64,000 bases of DNA from Octopus sinensis (lineage: Eukaryota): positions 37,076,001-37,140,000 of the forward strand of contig NC_043010.1 of assembly GCF_006345805.1 (NCBI RefSeq), given 5' to 3'. The notes under the pieces are model-generated. The model saw only the letters and a program-made list of their open reading frames with translations. It was not told the origin of the DNA and did not search any database. How positions within the stretch are numbered: position 1 is the stretch's first letter; each line of letters begins with the position of its first letter. Below are positions 13,452 to 24,329 of the stretch, piece after piece. Both the position numbers and the translations under genes were made by a program.

Positions 13452-13630
13452 TTTGAATGTACAACAAAACAAAAGACAGACAGGTGAGAGAACAAGAATC
13501 TAGGTATATTAGTTTAACACTCAGGAAAAATGGAGAAGTTTCAATGTTTCAAGCGTACACTCTTCAACAGGAAGGGACAAGGAAAATAAATAGAGAAAGT
13601 GAAAGGAAATAGAGAAAGAAAAAAATGTGT
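13451..13630 (-). mobile_element. Penelope-like non-autonomous tail with a decayed hammerhead-like motif
   Basis: The minus strand reads CTGTTGAAGAGTGTACGCTTGAAACATT...TTCCTGAGTGTTAAACTAATATACC, colinear with 35033-35158. It ends in (TA)n. Confidence 0.55.
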
Positions 13631-13920
13631 CAAAGATTAATGTTTCCGCATGTGTGTGTGTGTATGACAGGTTTCATATATCTTCCAGCTATCAAATTCA
13701 TTCACAAGACATTGGTTAGCCAAGGGTTACAGTAGAAGGTAATTGCACCGGATGCTACACAGTGGGGTTGAACTCCAAATCATGTGGTTGCAAAATAAGC
13801 TTCTTGATGACAAATCATACCTACACCTGTATTTTATTTTATGTATTTTATTTGAAACATGGTCATGAAAGTATTAAGTCAATAGTTTCTTTTTCTTTAT
13901 CTCTTTATTTTGTAAAGTAT

Positions 13921-13958
<38 letters not shown>

Positions 13959-14050
13959 AATGATTATGTTGCTATTTGAATTGTATAATTAGTCCAGACT
14001 ACTGGCTCCAATATACAGTAGTTAACATGTTATATTTTTTTAAATAACCT

Positions 14051-14093
14051 CTCTTAATTTTCTCTTTCTTTCTTGTTTCTTTTGCAGGTAAGT
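14051..14093 (+). promoter_or_regulatory. Candidate recursive splice site (3' acceptor immediately followed by a 5' donor)
   Basis: Branch-like CTTAAT (A at 14057), an AG-free polypyrimidine tract of about 25 nt, then GCAG|GTAAGT with AG at 14086-14087 and GTAAGT at 14088-14093. Confidence 0.55.
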
Positions 14094-14537
14094 CACACTA
14101 TTTCGGTAGACATCTATCTGTCTATCTTCCTATGCCTCCTCATCTTGCCTCACTTCTCCTCTCAGTGAAGTCTCTCAGAACAAAACACAATCAATATTTC
14201 AAACATTGTTTGAGATATCATCAGCAGCAGCAGTAATAGTGATGGTGGTGGTGTAATGTTTTGTAGCGGTGGTGGCGGCGTAGTAGGTAAGTATTCGGTG
14301 GTAGTGGTGGTGGTGAAGTTAGTTCTCTTTTCATTTTAATTTTTTTTATTCCTCCCCACATCTCTCTCCAGCCTTCTCCACCCTCTCCTCACCACCATTA
14401 AATCTGATTATTATTTTCATCTTGCTGTTGTTGTGCTGTATTGTTTTGAACTTCTCTGTTAAAATGTAAGGTCAACTGGTACTGTGAGTACTATTTCATG
14501 TGGCGAATATAACATATACAAACACACATGTATGTAT

Positions 14538-14570
<33 letters not shown>

Positions 14571-14814
14571 GGCTGAGGTGAATATATGCACAACATAATT
14601 CTATTGTCAAACGTCTCCATCTTAGTTATCTTTGTTATCATATTTTTGCTCTGACTGAAATTATTCATTTTTATTGAGCTCTTTGCTGAAATGTTTTACA
14701 CCAGTGAATATTGTCTTGTCTTGTATTTGCAAGGTAGTTATTTCCATTATTACTCATATTACTATACACACTGTATAGTGGTTGGCATTAGGTAGGACAT
14801 CCAGAATGTCTCCT

Positions 14815-15046
14815 ATTTCTTTATTGCCCACAAGAGGCTAAACATAGAGGGGACAAACAAGGACAGACAAACGGATTAAGTTGATTGTATCAACCCCAGT
14901 GCGTAACTGGTACTTAATTTATCGACCCCGAAAGGATGAAAGGCAAAGTCGACCATGACAGAATTTGAACTCAGAATGTAACGGTAGACGAAATACTGCT
15001 AAGCATTTCGCCCAGTGTGCTAACAATTCTGCCGGCTCGCCGCCTT
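14815..15046 (-). mobile_element. SINE family B, full length
   Basis: Family B layout. The 15-bp TSD is CATCCAGAATGTCTC (14798) / CATCTAGAATGTTTC (15052). Confidence 0.85.
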
Positions 15047-15306
15047 AATAACATCTAGAATGTTTCTGCAAACATTAACTTACAACTATAAAAACTGAAT
15101 ATTAACCATATGAATTTCAGCAGGCCCTGAAAGCCTAAAAAACATCATAGGCTCTTCTCCCAACTAAACCATAAGTTTAGTCCCTAAAATTTCAATACAA
15201 GCTGGCTGATCCTTGTCGGGTTTTTTTTTTATAGTAACATATCATTTGTGACTGTTCCATTCTGAAATTAAAAAAAAAAAAATTAATAATATATAACGAT
15301 AAAAAA

Positions 15307-15670
15307 CGTGGCTGTGTGGTAAGTAGCTTGCTTCCCAACCACATGGTTCTGGGTTCAGTCCTACTGCGTGGCACCTTGGGCAAGTGTCTTCTACTATAGC
15401 CTCGGGCTGACCAAAGCCTTGTGAGTAGATTTGGTAGACGGAAACTGGAAGAAGCCCGTTGTGTATATGTATATATGTGTGTATGTTTGTGTGTCTGTGT
15501 TTGTCCCCCCAATGCTGGTGTGTTTATGTCCCCATAACTTAGCGATTCAGCAAAAGAGACCGATAGAATAAGTACTAGGCTTACAAAGAATAAGTCCTGG
15601 GGTCGATTTGTTCAACTAAAGGTGGTGCTCCAGCATGGCCACAGTCAAATGACTGAAACAAGTAAAAGAG
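15307..15670 (+). mobile_element. SINE family A
   Basis: GTGGCTGTGTGGTAAG A-box-like head, GGGTTCAGTCC B-box-like site, CCTTGGGCAAGTGTCTT block and GAAACAAGTAAAAGAG tail. Confidence 0.85.
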
Positions 15671-15833
15671 AGTATGGTTTCACTTAAAGATATCTATCTT
15701 TTATTTGTTTCAATCATTAGCTTGTAGCCATGGTGGGGCACTACCCTGAATTATTTTTAGTTGAACACATTGACCACAGCACTTTTATTAAAAGCTTGAT
15801 ACTTATTCTGTCAGCCTCTTTTACCAAACCACT

Positions 15834-16161
15834 GAAGAAGAAGAAGAAGAAGAGCATTTGGTTACGTTGACAAGGGTCGCAGCTGATACGATCGACGGAA
15901 CAGCTTGCTCAGGAAATTAACGTGCAAGTGGCTGAGCATTCCACAGACACGTGTACCTTAACGTAGTTCGCAAGCGTGACACAGAATGTGACAAAGCTAG
16001 CCCTTTGAAATACAGTTACAACTCATTTTTGCTCGCTGAGTGGACTGGAGAAACATGAAATAAAGTGTCTTGCTCAAGGACACAACGCATCGCCAGGAAT
16101 CGAACTCACAACCTTACAATCATGAGTCAAATGCCCTAACCACTAAGCCACGCGCGCTCAC
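15834..16161 (-). mobile_element. tRNA-derived SINE, family D, full length with (CTT)n tail
   Basis: Perfect 12-bp TSD TACCAAACCACT at 15822 and 16162. The minus strand has a GAGTTCGATTCC B-box. Confidence 0.85.
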
Positions 16162-16864
16162 TACCAAACCACTAAGCACAGGTTGTCAAGCAGAAGTGGG
16201 GGACACAAACACACACACGCATGTATGCTGTTATTTAGCTGAAGACCACTCCTGATTGAGTAGACCTGTAATCAAAAGTTTGGCAGTTGTGACCATCTTA
16301 TCATTTTCTATATCAGGGACCACGCTGTCCATTCTACCTTTTTGCATTTAATGCAGTAAGGGTGAGTCTCGAGAGATTTGGCTTCTATTCCCAGAGGATT
16401 AATCCTTCTGTTACTATTATATTTCTGTCGAAGCACTGCCTTTGTTTCAATTGATTTTTAAAATAATGGAGAATTTTGTAAAATAATTTTGGTCATAATT
16501 AAGCTGGCGTTTGAAACATAAATTAACATGAAATTTTGATGAAAGATTTCAATTTAGATCACTTTGACAGGATGTTTGTGTCATAAAACCAGGAGCTGTT
16601 TCAGGTAGATTTGGTATTAAAATGGTTCAGCAATCCTGTAAGGATTCCCTAGTTTGGCTTCATTCATTTTTCATTTCACCAATCTTGGTAACTAAGAGGC
16701 TCTCATAGTTACCTCTAAGAATGAAATGAAATGAAATGGATGAAGATACTGATGATGATGCTGTTGATAATGTCAGCATCATTATGTCAATTATCTAACT
16801 CTGAAGACCAGTTCTTCAGCAACAATTCCATTGTCCCAACCCTTACATTCCCCCCTGACCCACT

Positions 16865-17091
16865 TTAACCCTTTTGTTATCATATTTCTATTAAAATACT
16901 CTGCCTTTGTTCCATTCACTTTTTGAAATGATGAAGAATTCAGTAAAATAACTTTGTTGTTAATAAGCTGCTGCCTTGAACAAATTAACATGAAATTTTG
17001 ATGGAAGAATTGGATTTGGATTGCTTTAAAATAGGAAGTGTGTGTCATGGAAACAGGGGGCAGTCTCAGGTGGGTTGGTATTAAGAGTTAA
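16865..17091. mobile_element. TTAA-flanked MITE (piggyBac/Kolobok-like target site)
   Basis: TTAA at both ends (16865 and 17088) with degenerate CCCTTT.G.TA.C TIRs. Related partial copies occur at about 3790-3920, 16400-16625, 20888-21080 and 30030-30185. Confidence 0.65.
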
Positions 17092-17274
17092 TATTTAATA
17101 GGGTTGATGTTAGCTTTGAGTCGTTAGACTGTCAACTAAATAGATGTCAGTTCATTTTTTCTACCGACACTGCGTATTGTTAGTGGTCTAAATACTTAGC
17201 TCTCACCAGCTCAGTCAAACTAATTGTAAAATAGGTATAGGTACCAAAGTTCCAATACAGTTCTATCAAGGAAG

Positions 17275-17550
17275 CCCGTGGGCATATAGCATAGTGGTAC
17301 TAACCCCAAGATTCTGAGTTCAATTCCAGGCAGTACCTTGAATAAATAACAATAATAATAATAATAATAATATTTAAAAAATACCTTAGGAATGAGAACC
17401 CAGGGTTGAGTTCAAAATTCCACGAAGACACCTGATGATGGCTGGAGAGTAAATCAGCCAAAACGTTGTGGTAACAACAAAGAAGATGAGGACACGTATC
17501 TGTCCAATGTAAATAATGTATAGAATTCTTCATCTCTCAAATATAAAACA
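17275..17550 (+). mobile_element. tRNA-headed SINE-like element with a Penelope-type hammerhead-like module
   Basis: A-box TAGCATAGTGG (17287), B-box GTTCAATTC (17318), (AAT)n linker, then GACAC-CTGATGA-T-GGCTG..CAGCC-AAAA-CGTT-GTG (17427-17470). Confidence 0.6.
17427..17472 (+). ncRNA. Minimal type I hammerhead ribozyme-like fold, probably inactivated in this copy
   Basis: CUGAUGA core (17432-17438), perfect 5-bp stem II and palindromic AACGUU stem III. AAAA replaces GAAA at 17460. Confidence 0.5.
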
Positions 17551-17763
17551 GAATGGTTTGTTACTACTATGAAATGTGGTAGTGTAATATATTGCACTGC
17601 TGAGTCCTTTCAGCTTGGCTTGGCTTGGTATGGGCCAAAACAGAAATTGCTCTCCTCACATCCCTCTTTGGCACAACCAATTCTCATCAATTGTTGCATG
17701 TCATAAACAAGTGGTCTTCAAGGAATGATGCAACCCGAATATTGCACCTGGTTTTTGCTCTCT

Positions 17764-17794
<31 letters not shown>

Positions 17795-18450
17795 TTATAA
17801 GCCCATCTACCTACAGCGATCCTCTCTGTATCCGTATCTTTTGCCAACGACGGCAGATTAACATTCCGCATACACTGCTTCGCAACTTGATAAATTTTCA
17901 ATTGAAAAATATTTCACATGATGAAAGGCTTGCCTTGTAAAATATTCGATGGAAACAGCAGCAGCAGCACCAGCAGTCTACTTTCAGTGATACTACTGGT
18001 GTGTGAATCGTAGCAACATTAAAGAGCAATTTAATAGCAAGATTAAAGCATTTCATTTTTAAAAACTGCCTTTTATTTTGTTTATATTTCATGTAAATCT
18101 TTGCTTTGTTTTCTTTTTAATTCATTTATTTTATTTTATTTATTTATTTTTTTGGTTTTTTTTTTTCTTTCAAATTTCTAATTTTCCATTCGAAATTATT
18201 ATCCAATAACGTTGAAAATTATCTTTCATAGATGGTGTTTTTTTTTTTCTTTTTTTTTTTAAATTTTAGTTTGTTCATTGGTTTTAAATTTTTATATTTA
18301 TGATTTGCAAGAAAAAAAATAGATTACTTTTATTTTTTTTTTCTTCTGTTCTTCTAAATTTTAATCAGTCAGGTGCTTGTGTAATGCGAAATGCTGATAA
18401 GTTTATTACAATTATTATTATTATTATTATTATATTGTATATTAGAAACA

Positions 18451-18481
<31 letters not shown>

Positions 18482-19910
18482 TTTGATATATTTTATGTAG
18501 TTGACATGATTATTGGTACTATTAACTATTATCGTTATTAATATTATTATTACCATCGACTGCTGGTGTTATTAATGATATTGTTGTTTTCATTAATACC
18601 ATTAACGTTTATTAGCATTGTTGTTGTTGTTGTTGTGGTGGTGGTGGTGTGGTGGTGGTGGTATTGGTAGGAGTAGCAGTGGTAGTGTTATACACCAACA
18701 ACAAAGACAACAATAGTAGTGATGGTGGTGGTGGCAGTGGCGGTGGTGGTGGTTGGTGGTTATTTTAAATGCATTCAAAGAGAAAAACTACAAGTTTATA
18801 GCTGCTAATTATTTTGTATTGGAGTCAAATATATTTCATCCTTCTTCCAAACCGCCCATCCTCTCTTTCTCTCTCTCTCTCTCCCCCTCCCTCTCTCTCT
18901 CTCTCTCTCACTCACTCTCTCCATCTTATCCTTCCTTGCTCAGCACATGAATTACCTATTTGTGATGCTGTATATTGTGTGTGTGTGTGTGTGTGCGTGT
19001 GCGTGTGTGTGTGTGTATGTGTGTGTGTGTGTGTGTGAAAACACACCTGTGTGTGTATGTATGTATGTATGTGTGTCTCAGTTGTTACAATTTATTGATT
19101 ATTTCTGGCAGTAGAGATGATTCTGTATTTGAGGAAATCTATCTTAATTAATGGTGAAAAATGTTGAAAATTTTTCTATCTTCTATTTTATAAATGAATT
19201 CAGGTTAGGTTTTGAATATTTAGCAGCTTTTATTAAATTTTGCTGACCCCACCAGGCTTCAATTAGAGCAAATGTTTGCTAAAGAAAATTGATGATGATG
19301 ATGATGATGACGGTGATGATGATGGTGGTGGTGGTGGTGGTGCTGCTGCTGCTGCCGCTGCTGCTGGTGTTATGGAGGTGATGTGCTTTGTTGTCATGAT
19401 AGAAGTGATTGTGATATTACTGTTGTTGTTGAGAGCTAAGTGATGGGAGGAGGATAGGGAGGTGCAGGAGGAGAGCGCAAAGAAAAGAAGAAATGAAAAT
19501 AAATATATACAAATAAAAAAAAATATTATATATGAATATCAAATATCTTAGAACTTGAATGCTTCTTGCCCCTCCCTCTCCACTCATCATCTCTTTCTCT
19601 CTTCTCCCCCTCTCTCTGAAGGTCCCCCTCTCTCTCTATCTCCCTCCCCCTCTCTCTGAAGGTCTTTTAGAGGTTATTGATCACTGCTGCTATGTAATAA
19701 GTACATTGCTTTGTATTTTCTTCCTTCTTTTTTTTTTCTACTTTCTTAGTATTTTTGCATCCATTTATCCAGACAGTTGACAACTCTCACTTGCAATGTC
19801 TTCATATTCTACCAGAACACTTTTTCCTAGGTAGGAATGCCTGTCAAGAATGTTGCACTAACAAAAACAAGCTTGCACTTTTTCATAGCACATTAGTTCT
19901 AGTAATAATA

Positions 19911-19949
<39 letters not shown>

Positions 19950-19952
<3 letters not shown>

Positions 19953-20790
19953 CAATGGTTTCAAATTTTGCCACAAGGGCAGCAATTTTGAGGGAGGGCT
20001 ACTTATTTTATTGATCCCTATAGGATAAAAGGTAAAGTCGACGTTGGCAGAATTTGAACTCAGAACATAAAATGGACGAAATGCTGCTAAGTGTTTTGCC
20101 CAGTGCAGTAATGATTCTACCAGCTCACCACCTTAACATGAAGACAGGTGAAATTCCTTTGAGTATTTTATCTGGCATGCTAACGATTTTGCCAGCACGC
20201 TGCCAATAATTGTAATAATAACAACAATCCATTCTACTTACAGGCACAAGGTCTGAAATTTGGGGAGAGGAGGCAAATCAATTATATTGCCTCCACTGTT
20301 CAACTGGTACTTATTTTATCCACCCCCAAAAGAATGAAAGACAGAGTCAGTCTTGGCTGAATTTGAACTCAGACCATAAACCCAGAAGAAATGCCAATAA
20401 GCATTTTGTCTGGCATGTTAATGGTTCCGCCACCTCTTGACCTTAGCTAATGATAATAATAATAGTTTCAAATTTTGGCACAAGGCCAGCAAGTTTAGGG
20501 TTAGGGGTAAGTCAATTACATCAACCCACTGCTCAACTGGTACTTATTTTTATTGACCCCGAAAGGCTGAAAGGCAAAATTGGCCTCGGTGGAATTTGAA
20601 CTCAGAATATAAAGACAGACAAAATGTCACTAAGCATTTTGCTCGGCATGCTAATGATTCTACCAGCTCGTAATAGTAATAATAATAATCCTTTCTGCTA
20701 TTGGCACAAGGCCTGAATTTTGTGACCAGGGGACTAGTCAATTACGTCCACCCCAGTGCACAGCTGGTACTTATTTTATTGACCCAGCGC
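19950..20790 (-). mobile_element. Head-to-tail train of about 4 family B2 SINEs
   Basis: Repeated GGCACAAGG..AAATTT...ACTGGTACTTATTTT...GAATTTGAACTCAGAA units separated by (AAT)n linkers. Confidence 0.75.
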
Positions 20791-21331
20791 CACCTTGTCT
20801 GGCGTCCATGCCGGTAGCATGTAAAAAGCACTCACTACACTCACAGAGTGGTTGGCATTAATTGGAGAGTTGAGAGACCTAGTTGCTTAACTCTTTCATT
20901 ACTGTATTTACTTTGAGATGTTCTGTGTTTCTTTCAATTATTTTAGATAAATAAAAGAATTTAGTAAAATAACGTAGTTACTATTAAGCTAGTGTTAGGA
21001 ACATAAATTGTGACTAAGGTTTGGTGGAAGATTTTAATTCAAAACTTATGAAAACAAGACATTTGTACTACAGAGCTGGTTGCATGTCACTGGTACTTCT
21101 TTGTCAATATCAGAAAGTGTCAAAGCAAATATGGCAAGGTATTTTATCCGTTATTCTCATGATTTTGCCAATCCATTGGTCTTCAGTTCAAGTCAGCGAG
21201 ATTTGAAACAATGAAATATCACAAAGCATTTTGTACCATGACATGGTAGAGGTTGTTTGTTCAGCTCCCCAAGTCAATCTTCCACCCATGACCAATTCAT
21301 TTATTTATTTTGAAAACATACTATTTTCTTT

Positions 21332-21537
21332 TTAACCCTTTAGCATTTGAACTGGCCATATCAAGCCAAAGTATTCTATTTGTTTTATGTTCAAACTGGC
21401 CAAAAACCGTCTCTTACACCTACCCTACGATGTCAAACCAAAAGTAAACCATCCCCAAATCAAAATCTCAAAGCAACAAGATAATACATAATTAATTCAA
21501 AACAATATGTATGAATAAGTATCACATTTGGCAGCAT
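21332..21537 (-). mobile_element. TTAA MITE family G, partial
   Basis: TTAACCCTTTAGCATT terminus and an interior that is the reverse complement of 24330-24925 and 33465-33952. Confidence 0.7.
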
Positions 21538-21724
21538 CAAGACATTATGCTTTGATGTGAAAGTGATTTAGCTCTTGTTTCTTGTTGGTCAAAGGACCAT
21601 GTGGAGTTTGCCCATTGGCTACTAGTAGTGGTGGTGATGATGTGAGAGAAGTAGTAGTAATAGTTGTTGTTTAGTTCCGCATCATTCTTAAATCAAGCTG
21701 TCCAAGAAAGAGCATTCCAGCTAT

Positions 21725-21919
21725 ACTCTTTACTCTTTTACTTGTTTCAGTCATTTGAGTACGGCCATGCTGGAGCACTGCCTTTAGTTGAACAAATCGA
21801 CCCCAAGACTTATTCTTTGTAAGCCTAGTACTTATTCTATCGCTCTCTTTTGCCAAACTGCTAAGTTACGGGGACGTAAACACACCAGCATCAGTTGTCA
21901 AGCGACGTTGGGGGGACAA

Positions 21920-21950
<31 letters not shown>

Positions 21951-22189
21951 CATATACATATTTACGATGGGCTTCTTTCAGTTTCTGTCTACCAAATCCA
22001 CTCACAATGCTTTGGTCAGAAGAGACTTGCCCAAGGTGCCATGCAGTGGGACTGAACCATGTGCTTGGTAAGCAAGTTACTTATCACACAGCCACTCCTG
22101 TGGCTATTACTCTTTTACTCTTTTACTTGTTTCAGTCATTTGACTGCGGCCATGCTGGAGCACCGCCTTTAGTCGAGCAAATCGACCCC
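21725..22189 (-). mobile_element. SINE family A plus a second tail fragment
   Basis: Family A reverse complement. It accounts for ORF 21788. Confidence 0.8.
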
Positions 22190-22222
22190 TATGTCTATTT
22201 TGTCTATATTTTTCTGGCACAA

Positions 22223-22574
22223 TGTTATCCAACATAGGCATTTCTTTCCAAAGTGCAAGGATGAGACTCATAGGAAATTTGACTGCTACTTCTAGCAAAT
22301 TGAATGATGTTTGTGTTTTTGCTGTGGAACCTTGATCTGTTGCAATCAATCTCATGTCGCTTTTGCAATAGTTTGCACCTCTGTACGCAAACTCCTTGTT
22401 ATCCAGCATATGCTTCTCTTTCTCAAGATGCTCGGGTGTGACTCAAAAGATATCCTGGCTGCTATTTCTTGCTGGTTGGATGTAATATTTGTTGTTTGCT
22501 GTGACAACCTTGGTCTGATGCAATTAATCACGTGTTGCTTTTGTGTTAGTGTGCCTCGCTGCACACAACCGCCT
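22223..22574. repeat. Diverged tandem dimer, unit about 174-178 bp
   Basis: Colinear anchors: TGTTATCCA (22223/22397), GACTCA (22265/22440), CTGCTA (22283/22459), TGCTGTG (22320/22497), AACCTTG (22328/22506) and GCTTTTG (22359/22537). Confidence 0.8.
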
Positions 22575-23652
22575 GGTTGACTGGCCAGTACAGCAGCAGC
22601 TACAGACTAATTCAAGTTTAAGATAATTGTAGGTAATAAATACTTAGTTTATCTGCTAGAGTGAAACACATCAAACGACAATCATCTTTCACAATGTTTT
22701 ATTTTTATTTATTGTTTCTCTCTCTCTCTTTTTATTTTTTTTTTTGCTTTTTTTTTTTTTATCTTCCTTAAGACAGAGACAGACTTTGCCACAATTTCTG
22801 GAAATTTCTGAAACTATAGCAAATAATACCTCTTGCACATACATCAAGCACATTACTAGATCTTTATTTCTCTTTCTCTCACTCACTCACACACACACAC
22901 ACACACACACACATTGTGTCTTACTCATTTTTCTCTTCAGTAAAAGATGATGGTGAGAAAAGATGGTAGAGTATCATCAGAATGTTGTAATTCTACTCTA
23001 GAATCACTCCTTGATTTTTTACATGAAAATTTGACCTTAGGGTGGGAGAGTAGAAGTAGGAAGAAGGAAGCTCCCTAACCCTACCCTAGTTCATCTACCA
23101 CAACCCACCCCCATCTTCCTCCACTATCTATTATCTCAGTGCAGACTTGAAATGAGTCAGACAAAAGCTATCCTGGAGCTAAGCAATATTATTGGGGGTT
23201 GGGGGCTGATTTTTTTTTTTTCATGGGCTCCAGATTATGACTGTTGGGGTGGGAGGCAGAGGAACTATTGTTGTTTTGCCCTAGGTCAAACCTGCTTTTA
23301 CCAAACTCAGGATCAAAGGCATTCTATCCCCCATATTGTTTGCCAGCTAAGTCCATTGAGGACTACATTATTCAATGTTACCCTCCAATTTTTTGTCTCT
23401 GGCCATTCTCTGCAGTAACACCTTTGGAGTACTGTCCATGAGACACAGGCTGAACACACTATTTAGGTGGGGATGTTATTTCCTCTATCCTTATTTTCTG
23501 CTGCTTTATTTCACCCCCTTTTATTCTTTATCTTTGTTTCCTTGGCGAAGTAATTTTTGTTTTTGTTGATTATTTTATCTTTTATGCTTTTAATTTTTTT
23601 TTTTTTTTTGCTGTCTTCCTACAAAAATGTTGTTAACAAAATGGGGTTTTTA

Positions 23653-23975
23653 CTGGCAGCCCATCAGTTACAGTGAGGATTCCAGTTGGTTCAATCTACA
23701 GAACAGCCTGCTCATGAATTTAACGTGCAAGTGACTGAGCATGCCATGTACATGCGTACCCTTAACATAGTTCTCAGGGAGATTCAGCATAACACAGAAT
23801 GTGATAAGGCTGGCTCTTTTGAGATACAGGTACTACTCATTTTTGCCAGCTGAGTGGACTGGAAAAATGAGAAATAAAGTGTCTTGCTCAAGGACACAAC
23901 ACACCGCTGGAAATTGAACTCACAATGTTACAATCGTGAGCTGACTACCCAAACCAGTATGCCACACACACCTTC
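23653..23975 (-). mobile_element. SINE family D, full length
   Basis: 17-bp direct repeat ACAAAATGGGGTTTTTA at 23636 and 23976. The body is colinear with 15834-16161. Confidence 0.85.
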
Positions 23976-24092
23976 ACAAAATGGGGTTTTTATACCATCA
24001 TTCTAATTTACAGCTCAATGGAGACAGACTTGCTAGGTCAACTGTTAAAAGTAGGGGTAGAGTTGATTATACCACTTCTCTTCACATATATA

Positions 24093-24270
24093 TACAGGGT
24101 GCAGTGAATAAACAGTCGTCTAAATTAATCAAAAATGAAAGTAACACAGACATCGCATTTTAATAGATATATTTATCAAAATTACATAGAAATATCTTCA
24201 AATACTAAAATGTAAATTCATTCAATAAAATCGCCATTGGCTCCAGCCGTGGCTTCCAGGATGATTTCAG
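24093..24270 (-). mobile_element. 3' end of a Tc1/mariner (maT-like) element
   Basis: TA followed by a CAGGGTG terminus. The minus frame encodes ILEATAGANGDFIE* (stop at 24218-24220), which resembles the RLEAV..ANGDFIE C-terminus of such transposases. Confidence 0.5.
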
Positions 24271-24329
24271 AGTCTAAATTATTGACCCACTGCAAAAATA
24301 TTTTAACTTGAAACAGTGTGAAAATACTA

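Noticed and set aside
17585-17615. TATTGCAC as a possible miR-92 gene
   Set aside because: The match is limited to the seed, and the stem is about 10 bp with a 2-nt loop, not a pre-miRNA hairpin.
19810-19836. TTTTTCCTAG|GTAGGA as a second ratchet point
   Set aside because: The pyrimidine tract is short, a competing AG lies about 15 nt upstream and the donor is weak. It is worth rechecking only if the 14087 site is confirmed.
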